In this document: positions 55,424 to 63,416 of the stretch, piece after piece
Layout of the letters: each line of letters starts with the position of its first letter
How positions within the stretch are numbered: position 1 is the first letter of the stretch
DNA from: an uncultured Candidatus Saccharibacteria bacterium
Lineage (GTDB): Bacteria; Patescibacteriota; Saccharimonadia; Saccharimonadales; Saccharimonadaceae
Assembly (NCBI GenBank): GCA_964568745.1
Contig: CAZMQX010000001.1
Coordinates: 13,408-77,407, forward strand
Length of the DNA stretch: 64,000 bases
Direction: 5' to 3'
Notes under the pieces: model-generated
Told to the model about the DNA's origin: nothing
The model's input: only the letters and a program-made list of their open reading frames with translations
The model's database searches: none
Program-made: the position numbers and the translations under genes

Positions 55424-55457
55424 ATTGCCTCCTTTTTGTTTATTTATTTTTGTTTTA

Positions 55458-56336
55458 TCAATTCCGCTTTTGGCCTAAACGCAATTTGGCGCTTCTGGCT
55501 CGCGGGTTGATAACTAATTCATTTTCTCCTGCAGTGATGGGTTTTTTGTTGAGTATCTCGAGAGTTGATTCTTCGCCAAGGCTAGAATATTCTTTGAAGA
55601 ATTCCTTAACTAGGCGGTCTTCCAGACTGTGAAAAGAGATGATTCCAATTCGGCCATCAGGTTTTAGCAATTTCGGGAGCATAGGCAAAGTTTGTTCGAT
55701 CTGCTCTAGCTCGCGATTGACTTCAATCCTGATCGCTTGAAATACTCTTGTCGCTGGGTGAATTTTGCTGTAGCCGTGAATTCGTACACGAATTAATTCG
55801 GCTAGTTCTCTTGTGCTTTTAATGGGACGATGCGTTACTATAACTCGCGCAAACATTTTGCTTCGGCCTGCCGGTATTTCACCGTAGGTGGAAAAAATGT
55901 GCGCCAACTGATCTTCGCTGTATTTATTTACTACGTCTGCTGCTGTACTATCCTGCCTTCTGTCCATACGCATATCAAGAGGAGCGTCTTCTCTAAACGA
56001 AAAACCTCTTTCGCCCACATCCAGCTGCGGAGACGAAACTCCAAAATCCGCGAGTATCATGTCAAAAGTCTTTCCACACTCGAAAAGCTGTAGCACTGCA
56101 CTATAAAAATCTGTGTTTTTGATCTCGGTGTCGGGTGGAAATTTGCGCCTTAAATAGTCGGCCGCATATTCGTCACGATCGACCAAAACTGCGTCTTTAT
56201 AATTCTGTGTTACATCCAAAATCTTGCTAGCGTGACCTCCGAAGCCGGCTGTCAAATCTAGGTACGACTCTCCGCGCTTTGGGTTTAATCCTGCTAGGAC
56301 TTCTGATAATAATACTGGGATATGTAGTTTCTCCAT
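55458..56336 (-). CDS. rsmH: 16S rRNA C1402 methyltransferase
   Basis: HIPVLL.EV, DLT.GFGGH, DFGVSS.QLD, LDMRMD, HPATRVFQAIRIEVN.EL, SFHSLEDR.VK, NPRARSAKLR. Confidence 0.97.
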   Translation of the reverse strand: MEKLHIPVLLSEVLAGLNPKRGESYLDLTAGFGGHASKILDVTQNYKDAVLVDRDEYAADYLRRKFPPDTEIKNTDFYSAVLQLFECGKTFDMILADFGVSSPQLDVGERGFSFREDAPLDMRMDRRQDSTAADVVNKYSEDQLAHIFSTYGEIPAGRSKMFARVIVTHRPIKSTRELAELIRVRIHGYSKIHPATRVFQAIRIEVNRELEQIEQTLPMLPKLLKPDGRIGIISFHSLEDRLVKEFFKEYSSLGEESTLEILNKKPITAGENELVINPRARSAKLRLGQKRN

Positions 56337-56964
56337 GTATATATTATACACTGTTTTTTGCTTGAGACCGTTCATCTAGAAACTTCAGCGGGTTTGTTTC
56401 TGCTTTGATTTTTGTTTGTTCACAATGAATCCACCATGATCGATTTGCGTAAAGCAAGTCATAGATCATAGCCGTTGAGAGACTTATTGTGTTTTAACCA
56501 TATAGAGTTTTATTGGGAGGTGTGTTTTAGGGAAGGAACGCACGATTGTTTTTTCGCATCTCGCTTAATATTTAATGCGCGCGAAGCTCCTAGATGGTCG
56601 GTCTCAAACTTTGTTAATGTACGACTTTTTGTTTAGCGTTTTTGTGTTTTATCGCTTGTTATTAGTTTATGATATTTTGCCACAAAATGCAAGAGCTTTT
56701 TTGTACTTTTTTATGTAAATAGTTTTTCGCATGTGTGGAAAACCTTATCTGTTATTTTCCCGAACATACATTAATCAAAAACCGAACGCTAGAGGTCGCA
56801 AAACCCGAACAAATTCTTCTTGATTTTTCTTACATTTATTGCGCAATATAGCTAATGTTGGGTCCGCTATTCCCTGTCGCTCTACTATTCTTGACTAACT
56901 CGCTATGTTGTGGTATAATTAAGATATTGGCGTTACTTTTTGGTTTAAGAGAGGAGTGGGTTTT

Positions 56965-57294
56965 ATGAGTAATGCTTGTACCTATAAAAGTTGTTGGGAC
57001 GAATTTGAATCAATCAGATTTGAATATCTTGAACTGAGAGCTGAGGCTACGAAAGCCGGTGAGACGCTGGCACAATTTGCTAGTATCGATACACTGGAGT
57101 TAATCCAGGATAGGCTTGAGACCTTGCTTGAGGAATCTGGGACTTTGCAGGTAACTGCTAGAGAGCACTTACAGAGTGCGGCTACGAGTTTGCTTCATAG
57201 CATCACGACAGTTCTTTGTGATGCTTATATGTTTAGAGCCGATTCGGCCGCTGATTTTGATTTATACGCTATGCAGGAGGTGGAAGTAAAATGA
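56965..57294 (+). CDS. Hypothetical helical protein (paralogue 1)
   Basis: SD GAGGAG, ATG 56965; aligns by eye with the next ORF. Confidence 0.7.
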   Translation: MSNACTYKSCWDEFESIRFEYLELRAEATKAGETLAQFASIDTLELIQDRLETLLEESGTLQVTAREHLQSAATSLLHSITTVLCDAYMFRADSAADFDLYAMQEVEVK

Positions 57295-57584
57295 CGAAAC
57301 TTAATTCTGACAAATATGTTGAGCTGATGGAAAGGTTCGACACTGCTCGTAATGGTTATAGAGCACTTGCAAGGGGCGCGGAAGCATCACACATGATGCT
57401 GGAACAGTATGTTGATGTGGCAGATCTATTAGAACTCAAAAATACACTTGATGCAATCCTGGTAGAAGCCAAAGAAAGACTGAGGGACTACGATGAATAT
57501 CTCGAGGTCACAAGCGCGGCCGTTTCACTCGCAAACGCGGTTGAGTCTACGATGTATCTTGCGAGATACGTTTCTAATAAATAG
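57291..57584 (+). CDS. Hypothetical helical protein (paralogue 2)
   Basis: ATGA overlap, SD GGAGG, terminator downstream. Confidence 0.7.
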   Translation: MTKLNSDKYVELMERFDTARNGYRALARGAEASHMMLEQYVDVADLLELKNTLDAILVEAKERLRDYDEYLEVTSAAVSLANAVESTMYLARYVSNK

Positions 57585-57608
57585 TCTGTAGCCAAATCCC
57601 AACAAGAG

Positions 57609-57640
57609 ACCGGCGCAAATTTTTCAAAGCGCCGGTTTTT
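57609..57640 (+). terminator. Intrinsic terminator
   Basis: accggcgc...gcgccggt + T-tract. Confidence 0.75.
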
Positions 57641-57681
57641 ATTTTTCGTGATATAATGGATAAAAATAAGTGAGGTAAGCA

Positions 57682-58659
57682 ATGGATAATTCAGAATTCG
57701 ATGTGTTTCTGTGGGCGAACGAGATCGATGAAGTCAAAAATAACGTTTCGGCAGAGCTCTTTTTGTTTAACAAGAACTATACGCCATTCAAAATCAAATA
57801 TTCAGACAAGCTGACTGGGGCAGTGAAGGCAATGTTCATGCAAGAGGCGATCTCTTACATCATCACCGAGGCCGACAAAGGATTAGAGTGCCGAGAGTAT
57901 GAGCGTGCCGATGGTGAAGAAAAAGTGATTTATCGAACCCTCGTGTCTAAAGTCGGTCGCGCCGAGACTTTGATTCATTTGATTGAAAATGAATATAAGG
58001 ATATCGATTATTTCTCTGAAAACGAATACGATTTCAAAAAAGTTAAAGGCATCATCGCGCGTTTTACTTATCCGGGCGAAGACGGTATAAAAGCATTTTA
58101 TATCGCAAAATTATTGCCGGCTTCATCGGCGCTAAAAGGCACCTCGTCTTGGGAAATCAATGGCGAGTCGTTTGAACCGTTCTCTGCCGAGATCGCGCTC
58201 AAGATGCCAGATGACAACCAAGTTGCAATCGTTGATGGTAACATCGTCGTGTTTAATCAAGCGAAATTCGAAAATCTGTTTCAGTACGATTACAAATCAC
58301 AAGTAATAGCAGAGGCAAAGGCTAAGGAACTCTGCGAGAAGTACAAGCTATCATTTGCTGAAGGCTTGACGCTTGATGCCCTGCTTGCCGATAAAAAACC
58401 GATCCTTAAGAAGGTTCAAGCGATGGATATTGCCGAAGAAATGCCGCAAGATAAGCTACTTGATTACGCCGACGAGATGCAACTAGAGCTGATGACCGAC
58501 GATGATGGCTCGATCATCATCATGGACGATAAGGATCTCACGATGTTTGTGAATTTATTAAATGAGGACTACTATGTGTCGCCAGTCAATGGTAAACGCT
58601 ATGAGATTAAGTCCAAAAAACTACTAGGCGAGCCGGATGGTGAACCACCACGAGGATAA
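57682..58659 (+). CDS. DUF4868 / KwaB-like protein
   Basis: 325 aa acidic protein; VFNQAKFENLFQY and C-terminal FVNLLNEDYYVS....YEIKSK resemble DUF4868. Confidence 0.6.
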   Translation: MDNSEFDVFLWANEIDEVKNNVSAELFLFNKNYTPFKIKYSDKLTGAVKAMFMQEAISYIITEADKGLECREYERADGEEKVIYRTLVSKVGRAETLIHLIENEYKDIDYFSENEYDFKKVKGIIARFTYPGEDGIKAFYIAKLLPASSALKGTSSWEINGESFEPFSAEIALKMPDDNQVAIVDGNIVVFNQAKFENLFQYDYKSQVIAEAKAKELCEKYKLSFAEGLTLDALLADKKPILKKVQAMDIAEEMPQDKLLDYADEMQLELMTDDDGSIIIMDDKDLTMFVNLLNEDYYVSPVNGKRYEIKSKKLLGEPDGEPPRG

Positions 58660-58670
58660 CGTTTTTGGGA

Positions 58671-59207
58671 TTAATTATTTAATTCGAAGTAGGTGCTATC
58701 TACGAAGTTGGATTCGCCGAGAGTCTGGAAGGTTTTCTTCAAATCTTCTTTTGCCGCAGTGATTGAATCACCAGGGGTGAGATCGGATTCGATCTTGGCA
58801 TAGTAGCCGGGTTTGCCTTCGACTTTGTCGAGATAGATGTAATTCCCCTCTCCCATCTTGAGATCTTGACGACGACGAGATACCTCGGCGATGGGCTTGA
58901 AGCCGAGTTGCAAGATGATATTGACTAAGGTCTCGTAATCTTTGATCACGGTCTCTTCGGTGATGTCGATGCCGGAATCTTCGATATGACGCTTCAAGAT
59001 GAAGCTGTATTTGGCGGGTTTATCAACGGCGCGCATTTCGGTACGCATAATAAGACGCGGGAAGTTGGCGTGAGGTTTGTAATTGCGCGGCACATAAACA
59101 CGATCGTGTTGCCAATAAGTTGATGAAAAATTTAGTTCAATGTCGGCGAGTTTTTGCACGAAGTTGTCGTGACTGTTCAACTTGCATTTGACGATGGCTC
59201 TTCTCAT
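58671..59207 (-). CDS. CYTH-domain-like protein
   Basis: Q.DRVY, LIMR, LGF.....VSRRR, IYLDKVE; the usual ExE motif is degenerate. Confidence 0.6.
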   Translation of the reverse strand: MRRAIVKCKLNSHDNFVQKLADIELNFSSTYWQHDRVYVPRNYKPHANFPRLIMRTEMRAVDKPAKYSFILKRHIEDSGIDITEETVIKDYETLVNIILQLGFKPIAEVSRRRQDLKMGEGNYIYLDKVEGKPGYYAKIESDLTPGDSITAAKEDLKKTFQTLGESNFVDSTYFELNN

Positions 59208-60823
59208 AAGAATATTATATCACATATCCGAGCTTCGAGGGATTTGACGCCGTTAAAATTGTTTTCGGTAAATCTGACTAAAGGCTCGATGCGATCAAAG
59301 TCGGGGTCGATTTGGAGCCATTTTTCAGGAGCAAAGAAAGCGAGGCATTTTAGTATTTTGCCGTGATGATCACGAAGATCGAGGCGGAGATGATTGCGAT
59401 CGGCACCCATGCGAGTGATGTTTGCAATCTCTACATTCTTCAAGCGAAAGATCGGTTCTTCGTTCCCTGGACCGTAAGGTTCGAGTTTTTTAAGCTCATC
59501 CAAGAGATTGAGGTTTAACTCAGAAAAATCGGTGATATCGAGATCAGCATGGCACAAAAAGTATTTTTCTTGATCTTTAAGATGGAGGCTGCGGTAGTAT
59601 TCATTAATTTTTTCGCGGAATGCGTAGAGATTTTTGCCCTCTAGCCTAACGCCGGCGGCAGCAGCGTGACCACCACCGCTAATTATAGTATCTTTAGCAA
59701 AATTCAGAGCATCGGCAAGGTTAAAATCACCGAAGCTCCGGCCAGAACCTTTGTATATGCCATTGCCCAGCTCGGTCAGAACAAAGGCAGGCTTTTGGTG
59801 TGCTTCGACCAATCGCCCTGCAACGATACCAAGAATCCCTTCGTGCCAATGGCCAATCGCGATGATGACTGGATCATCGCTGAGGCCTTGCTTTTCAATG
59901 TCACTGATGGCGGAAATCTGCTCGGTTTTACGTTTTTTATTTAATTGTTCGAGCTTTTCGGCAAGAGAGGCGGCGATGGGTGCTGAATCGGCACGGAGTA
60001 GATCTAGCGACAAATCGGCGGTCTCAAGACGGCCGGCGGCGTTAAGCCGTGGACCGATCTGGAAACCGATAGATTCTGAGTTTAGATTTTTGAGGCCGGC
60101 CCTGCGCATCAGCTCGATGAGGCCGGGGCGGCGAGTTTTTTCGAGAACTTTGATGCCATAGAATCCGAGGCGACGGTTCTCCCCTGTCAAAGTCATACTA
60201 TCGCAAATCGTACCGAGCAAAACAAGGTCAAGAAGCCATTTTTCTTGGCCGTTTTTGATTAGCCCTTCACTTACAAGAGCTTCGGCGAGCTTAAAAGCGA
60301 CGCCAACACCGGCAAGATTCATCAGTGCATCGGTCGGGGCATCTTTGCGGTGAGGATTAATCACGGCGATAGCTTCAGGCATCTCGTCGGCAGTTTCATG
60401 GTGGTCGGTAATAATTGTGTCGATATGTTCGTGGTTTAGTTCGTTTACGATGTCGTGATTGCGAGAACCACAGTCTACAGTAATGACAAGTGTGGCTTTG
60501 TTAGTTTTGGCACGCGTAATGAGACGTGAGCTCATGCCATAACCATCGGCAAAACGATCAGGAAGCATGATTTTGATATCTTTTGGATCTAAACCGGCAA
60601 GGACAAGAGCTTGCTCCATCACGGTACTGGCGGTAACACCATCGACATCATAGTCACCATAAATGAGGATTTTTTCGTGAGATTTTATGGCTGTTTTGAT
60701 ACGATCAATAGCCTTCGTCATGTCTTTTAGCAAAAATGGGTCGATGCGATCTTCGTATTTGGGGCTTACAAAATCTTGGTCCAAACCACGGTTTTTGATG
60801 AGTTGTATAAAAATGTTGCTCAA
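59204..60823 (-). CDS. recJ: ssDNA-specific exonuclease RecJ
   Basis: IYGDYDVDG, RFADGYG, ITVDCG, ITDHH (DHH), GPRLNAAGRL, SGRS, GGHAAAAG. Confidence 0.96.
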   Translation of the reverse strand: MSNIFIQLIKNRGLDQDFVSPKYEDRIDPFLLKDMTKAIDRIKTAIKSHEKILIYGDYDVDGVTASTVMEQALVLAGLDPKDIKIMLPDRFADGYGMSSRLITRAKTNKATLVITVDCGSRNHDIVNELNHEHIDTIITDHHETADEMPEAIAVINPHRKDAPTDALMNLAGVGVAFKLAEALVSEGLIKNGQEKWLLDLVLLGTICDSMTLTGENRRLGFYGIKVLEKTRRPGLIELMRRAGLKNLNSESIGFQIGPRLNAAGRLETADLSLDLLRADSAPIAASLAEKLEQLNKKRKTEQISAISDIEKQGLSDDPVIIAIGHWHEGILGIVAGRLVEAHQKPAFVLTELGNGIYKGSGRSFGDFNLADALNFAKDTIISGGGHAAAAGVRLEGKNLYAFREKINEYYRSLHLKDQEKYFLCHADLDITDFSELNLNLLDELKKLEPYGPGNEEPIFRLKNVEIANITRMGADRNHLRLDLRDHHGKILKCLAFFAPEKWLQIDPDFDRIEPLVRFTENNFNGVKSLEARICDIIFL

Positions 60824-60835
60824 TCTATACCCCTG

Positions 60836-61126
60836 TTAGCCAATAGTTTTACTGGGTTTGCTGCCTTTTTGCGATTTGATGACAATGGACTGAAGTTCTT
60901 TTAGAATCGGGAAAGATTTGTTGGTCTGATAGATCTTGTTGTTGCCTTTTTTGGTGACGATGAGGAAACCGCCTTTCGCCATGCGTTCGAGCTCGCGCTG
61001 GATATTGCCTGGGTCTTCTTTGATGAGTTTAGCTAAACCTCTGACGTGAGTCTTAAAATCTGGGTACTTGGCAAAGACAACCAATATTTTGCGACGCACA
61101 CGTGACGTAACAAATATTTCTAACAT
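60836..61126 (-). CDS. Winged-helix (ArsR-like) DNA-binding protein
   Basis: S.VRRKIL..F, VRGLAKLI.ED.GNIQREL, GN.K.Y..N. Confidence 0.75.
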   Translation of the reverse strand: MLEIFVTSRVRRKILVVFAKYPDFKTHVRGLAKLIKEDPGNIQRELERMAKGGFLIVTKKGNNKIYQTNKSFPILKELQSIVIKSQKGSKPSKTIG

Positions 61127-61239
61127 ATTACCTCGCTTAATTCCTTTTATTATAGCACGATTTCGGTAATAATTACAACATTATTACATGGAGATTGACA
61201 GCAATTTATTCGCGATTCACTTCGTGCTATAATTGTAGT

Positions 61240-63318
61240 ATGTTTTATGAGGTGATACCGGAGGGGAAAGTGGAGGAGCTGACGTATTCGAGCGATGATT
61301 CCCTTTTGCCGGGGCAGGTGGTGTTGGTACCGGTTGGACGGCGAGTGGTACCAGGGATGGTGATTAAAAAAGTTGCGCAACCGGATTTTGCCACGAAAAA
61401 AATTTTGCAAGTTTTGTATTCAAAGCCGCTGCCGCAACATCTTCTAAAAACAATTGGCTTTATTCATGATTATTACATGGTATCATCGGGTTCAGCAGTG
61501 TCATTAGTACTGCCCAGAGGAGTACAGAAGAAACGCCGAAAAACCGAACAGATGTTCGGTACTATGCAGGATGTGGCTGTGTCTGTTTTTTCTTCAGCTG
61601 GACTTGAAAATTCAGAAACGTCATACGCAGGACGGCCGGGAGAACCGCCCGCCTCGCGGGCGAACCTCTCGGCGTCGTCTGGAATATACGTTCCTGAATT
61701 TTCAAATCATTTTATGCTTCAGAAAAAACAGATTCAGCCATATATCCCACTTAATACCTATCAAAAAAATGCCCTAGAAGGCCTTTTAAGGGCGCCAGGA
61801 GCCACGAAACTACTGCATGGCGTTACTGGTAGTGGTAAAACTAATATATACCTCAAAATGGCTTTAAATGCCCTTAGACAGCAAAAATCAACTATTCTTT
61901 TAGTGCCGGAAATTGCTTTGACGAGTCAGCTTGTTCGGGTTTTCCAGGATTATTTTGGGCCACGAGTGGTAGTGATGCACTCTAAACAAACAGAGGCAGA
62001 GCGGCATTTGATTTTTGAATCGATTCTGGCATCCAGAGAACCGCTAGTGGTGATTGGGCCGAGGTCGGCGCTGTTTGCTCCTCTATCTAATTTGGGGTTA
62101 ATTATCATCGACGAAGAACACGAAAACGCCTATTACCAAGAAAATTCGCCAAGATATTCTACAATCAGAGTAGCGAGTTTTATGGCAGATAAGTTAGGCT
62201 GCCCTCTGATATTGGGCTCGGCTACTCCAGACATTTCAGATTATTATTTGGCTCTAAAACGCGGTTCGTTGGTGCAACTACTCAAAAAGGCGAAAAATGC
62301 CGCTATAAAACCAGATATTGAAATCATTGACTTCAAAAACAGGGAGAATTTTAGCAAAAATAAATATTTTTCTAATCCCCTGTTAAAATCCATACAATCA
62401 AATCTAGAACAGGGGCGGCAGACGCTAATTTTTCACAACCGCAGAGGCTCTGCACCACTCACAATTTGTGAAAATTGTGGAGAGGAGATTCTGTGCCCAA
62501 ATTGTTTTTTGCCACTAAACTTGCATGCTGATCAATACGAGTTACATTGTCATACGTGTGGTTTTACAGAGAAGGTGCCAGCGGGATGCCCAAAGTGCGG
62601 AACGCCTGGATTAGTCCATAAAGGTTTTGGGACAAAACTACTAGAATCAGAGTTACATAAACTCTTCCCAAAGGCGGAAATTCGGAGATTCGATGCAGAT
62701 AACAAAAAAGACGAGAGTTTAGACGCTGTTTATTCAGAAGTAAAAAATGGCGAAGTGGATATAATAATCGGTACTCAAACGGTGGCAAAAGGACTAGATT
62801 TACCAAAATTGGCTACGGTAGGAGTAGTACAGGCAGATGCGGGGCTTTCGCTACCTGATTATATGGCGGAGGAACGAGTTTTTCAGTTGCTCACCCAGGT
62901 AATTGGAAGAGTAGGTCGTGGTCATCTAAAAGAAGCGAAGGTTTTCATCCAAACTTTTCGGCCGGAGCATCCAGTTTTGCAGTTTGCGGCAAGTGAGGAC
63001 TATTTGGGATTTTATGATTATCTAATACAGAGGCGACGTAAAGCCGGTTTTCCGCCGTTTCGATTTGTAATGAAACTTGAAATCACTATGAAAACAGAGG
63101 CAATAGTGCTGAAAAAGGTGCGAGAGCTAGTGTCGCGATTGTCGCAAGATGCTAGACTAATCGTTTCTCCACCGCAACCAGGATTTCATGAAAGAACTGC
63201 CAAAGGTTACACCTGGCAAATCATCGTGCGAAGTAAATCACGAAAAGCATTGATAGAAATATGCGAGAAACTAGACAAAAACTTCCGAGTGACTTTAGAC
63301 CCACCAGGGTTACTATAA
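61240..63318 (+). CDS. priA: Primosomal protein N' with a ~60-aa in-frame palindromic insertion
   Basis: G..V.VP.G.R, LHGVTGSGKT, IIDEEH, GSATP, NRRG, CxxC x4 zinc module, KGLD, Q..GR.GR; start at ATG 61240. Confidence 0.96.
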   Translation: MFYEVIPEGKVEELTYSSDDSLLPGQVVLVPVGRRVVPGMVIKKVAQPDFATKKILQVLYSKPLPQHLLKTIGFIHDYYMVSSGSAVSLVLPRGVQKKRRKTEQMFGTMQDVAVSVFSSAGLENSETSYAGRPGEPPASRANLSASSGIYVPEFSNHFMLQKKQIQPYIPLNTYQKNALEGLLRAPGATKLLHGVTGSGKTNIYLKMALNALRQQKSTILLVPEIALTSQLVRVFQDYFGPRVVVMHSKQTEAERHLIFESILASREPLVVIGPRSALFAPLSNLGLIIIDEEHENAYYQENSPRYSTIRVASFMADKLGCPLILGSATPDISDYYLALKRGSLVQLLKKAKNAAIKPDIEIIDFKNRENFSKNKYFSNPLLKSIQSNLEQGRQTLIFHNRRGSAPLTICENCGEEILCPNCFLPLNLHADQYELHCHTCGFTEKVPAGCPKCGTPGLVHKGFGTKLLESELHKLFPKAEIRRFDADNKKDESLDAVYSEVKNGEVDIIIGTQTVAKGLDLPKLATVGVVQADAGLSLPDYMAEERVFQLLTQVIGRVGRGHLKEAKVFIQTFRPEHPVLQFAASEDYLGFYDYLIQRRRKAGFPPFRFVMKLEITMKTEAIVLKKVRELVSRLSQDARLIVSPPQPGFHERTAKGYTWQIIVRSKSRKALIEICEKLDKNFRVTLDPPGLL
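61569..61747. repeat. Palindromic element E6 (family B with a nested GC-rich hairpin), in frame in priA
   Basis: tggctg-NN-tctgttttttct/agaaaaaacaga-NN-cagcca (18 of 20 bp), ttgaaaattcag/ctgaattttcaa (12 bp), aacgt/acgtt, apical cgcccgc-ctc-gcgggcg. Confidence 0.9.
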
Positions 63319-63416
63319 CGTAAACTTTTATCAGAATGTGCTGCAACTCAAAATTAACTATATTTGTAATTATGTGATAAAATAAGCATAAGTGTTAAAT
63401 TAAAGGGAGGTTTTTT

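Noticed and set aside
56734-56742. oriC, suggested by a DnaA-box-like TTTTCCACA (another at 31557-65)
   Set aside because: Isolated single boxes; no cluster, no dnaA/dnaN nearby, no clear unwinding element.
231-62806. The many short antisense or alternate-frame ORFs in the supplied track (e.g. 9642-9935, 11388-11678, 14473-14934, 35647-36210, 37191-37829)
   Set aside because: They are shadows of well-supported genes on the other strand, with no SD, promoter or recognisable motifs.
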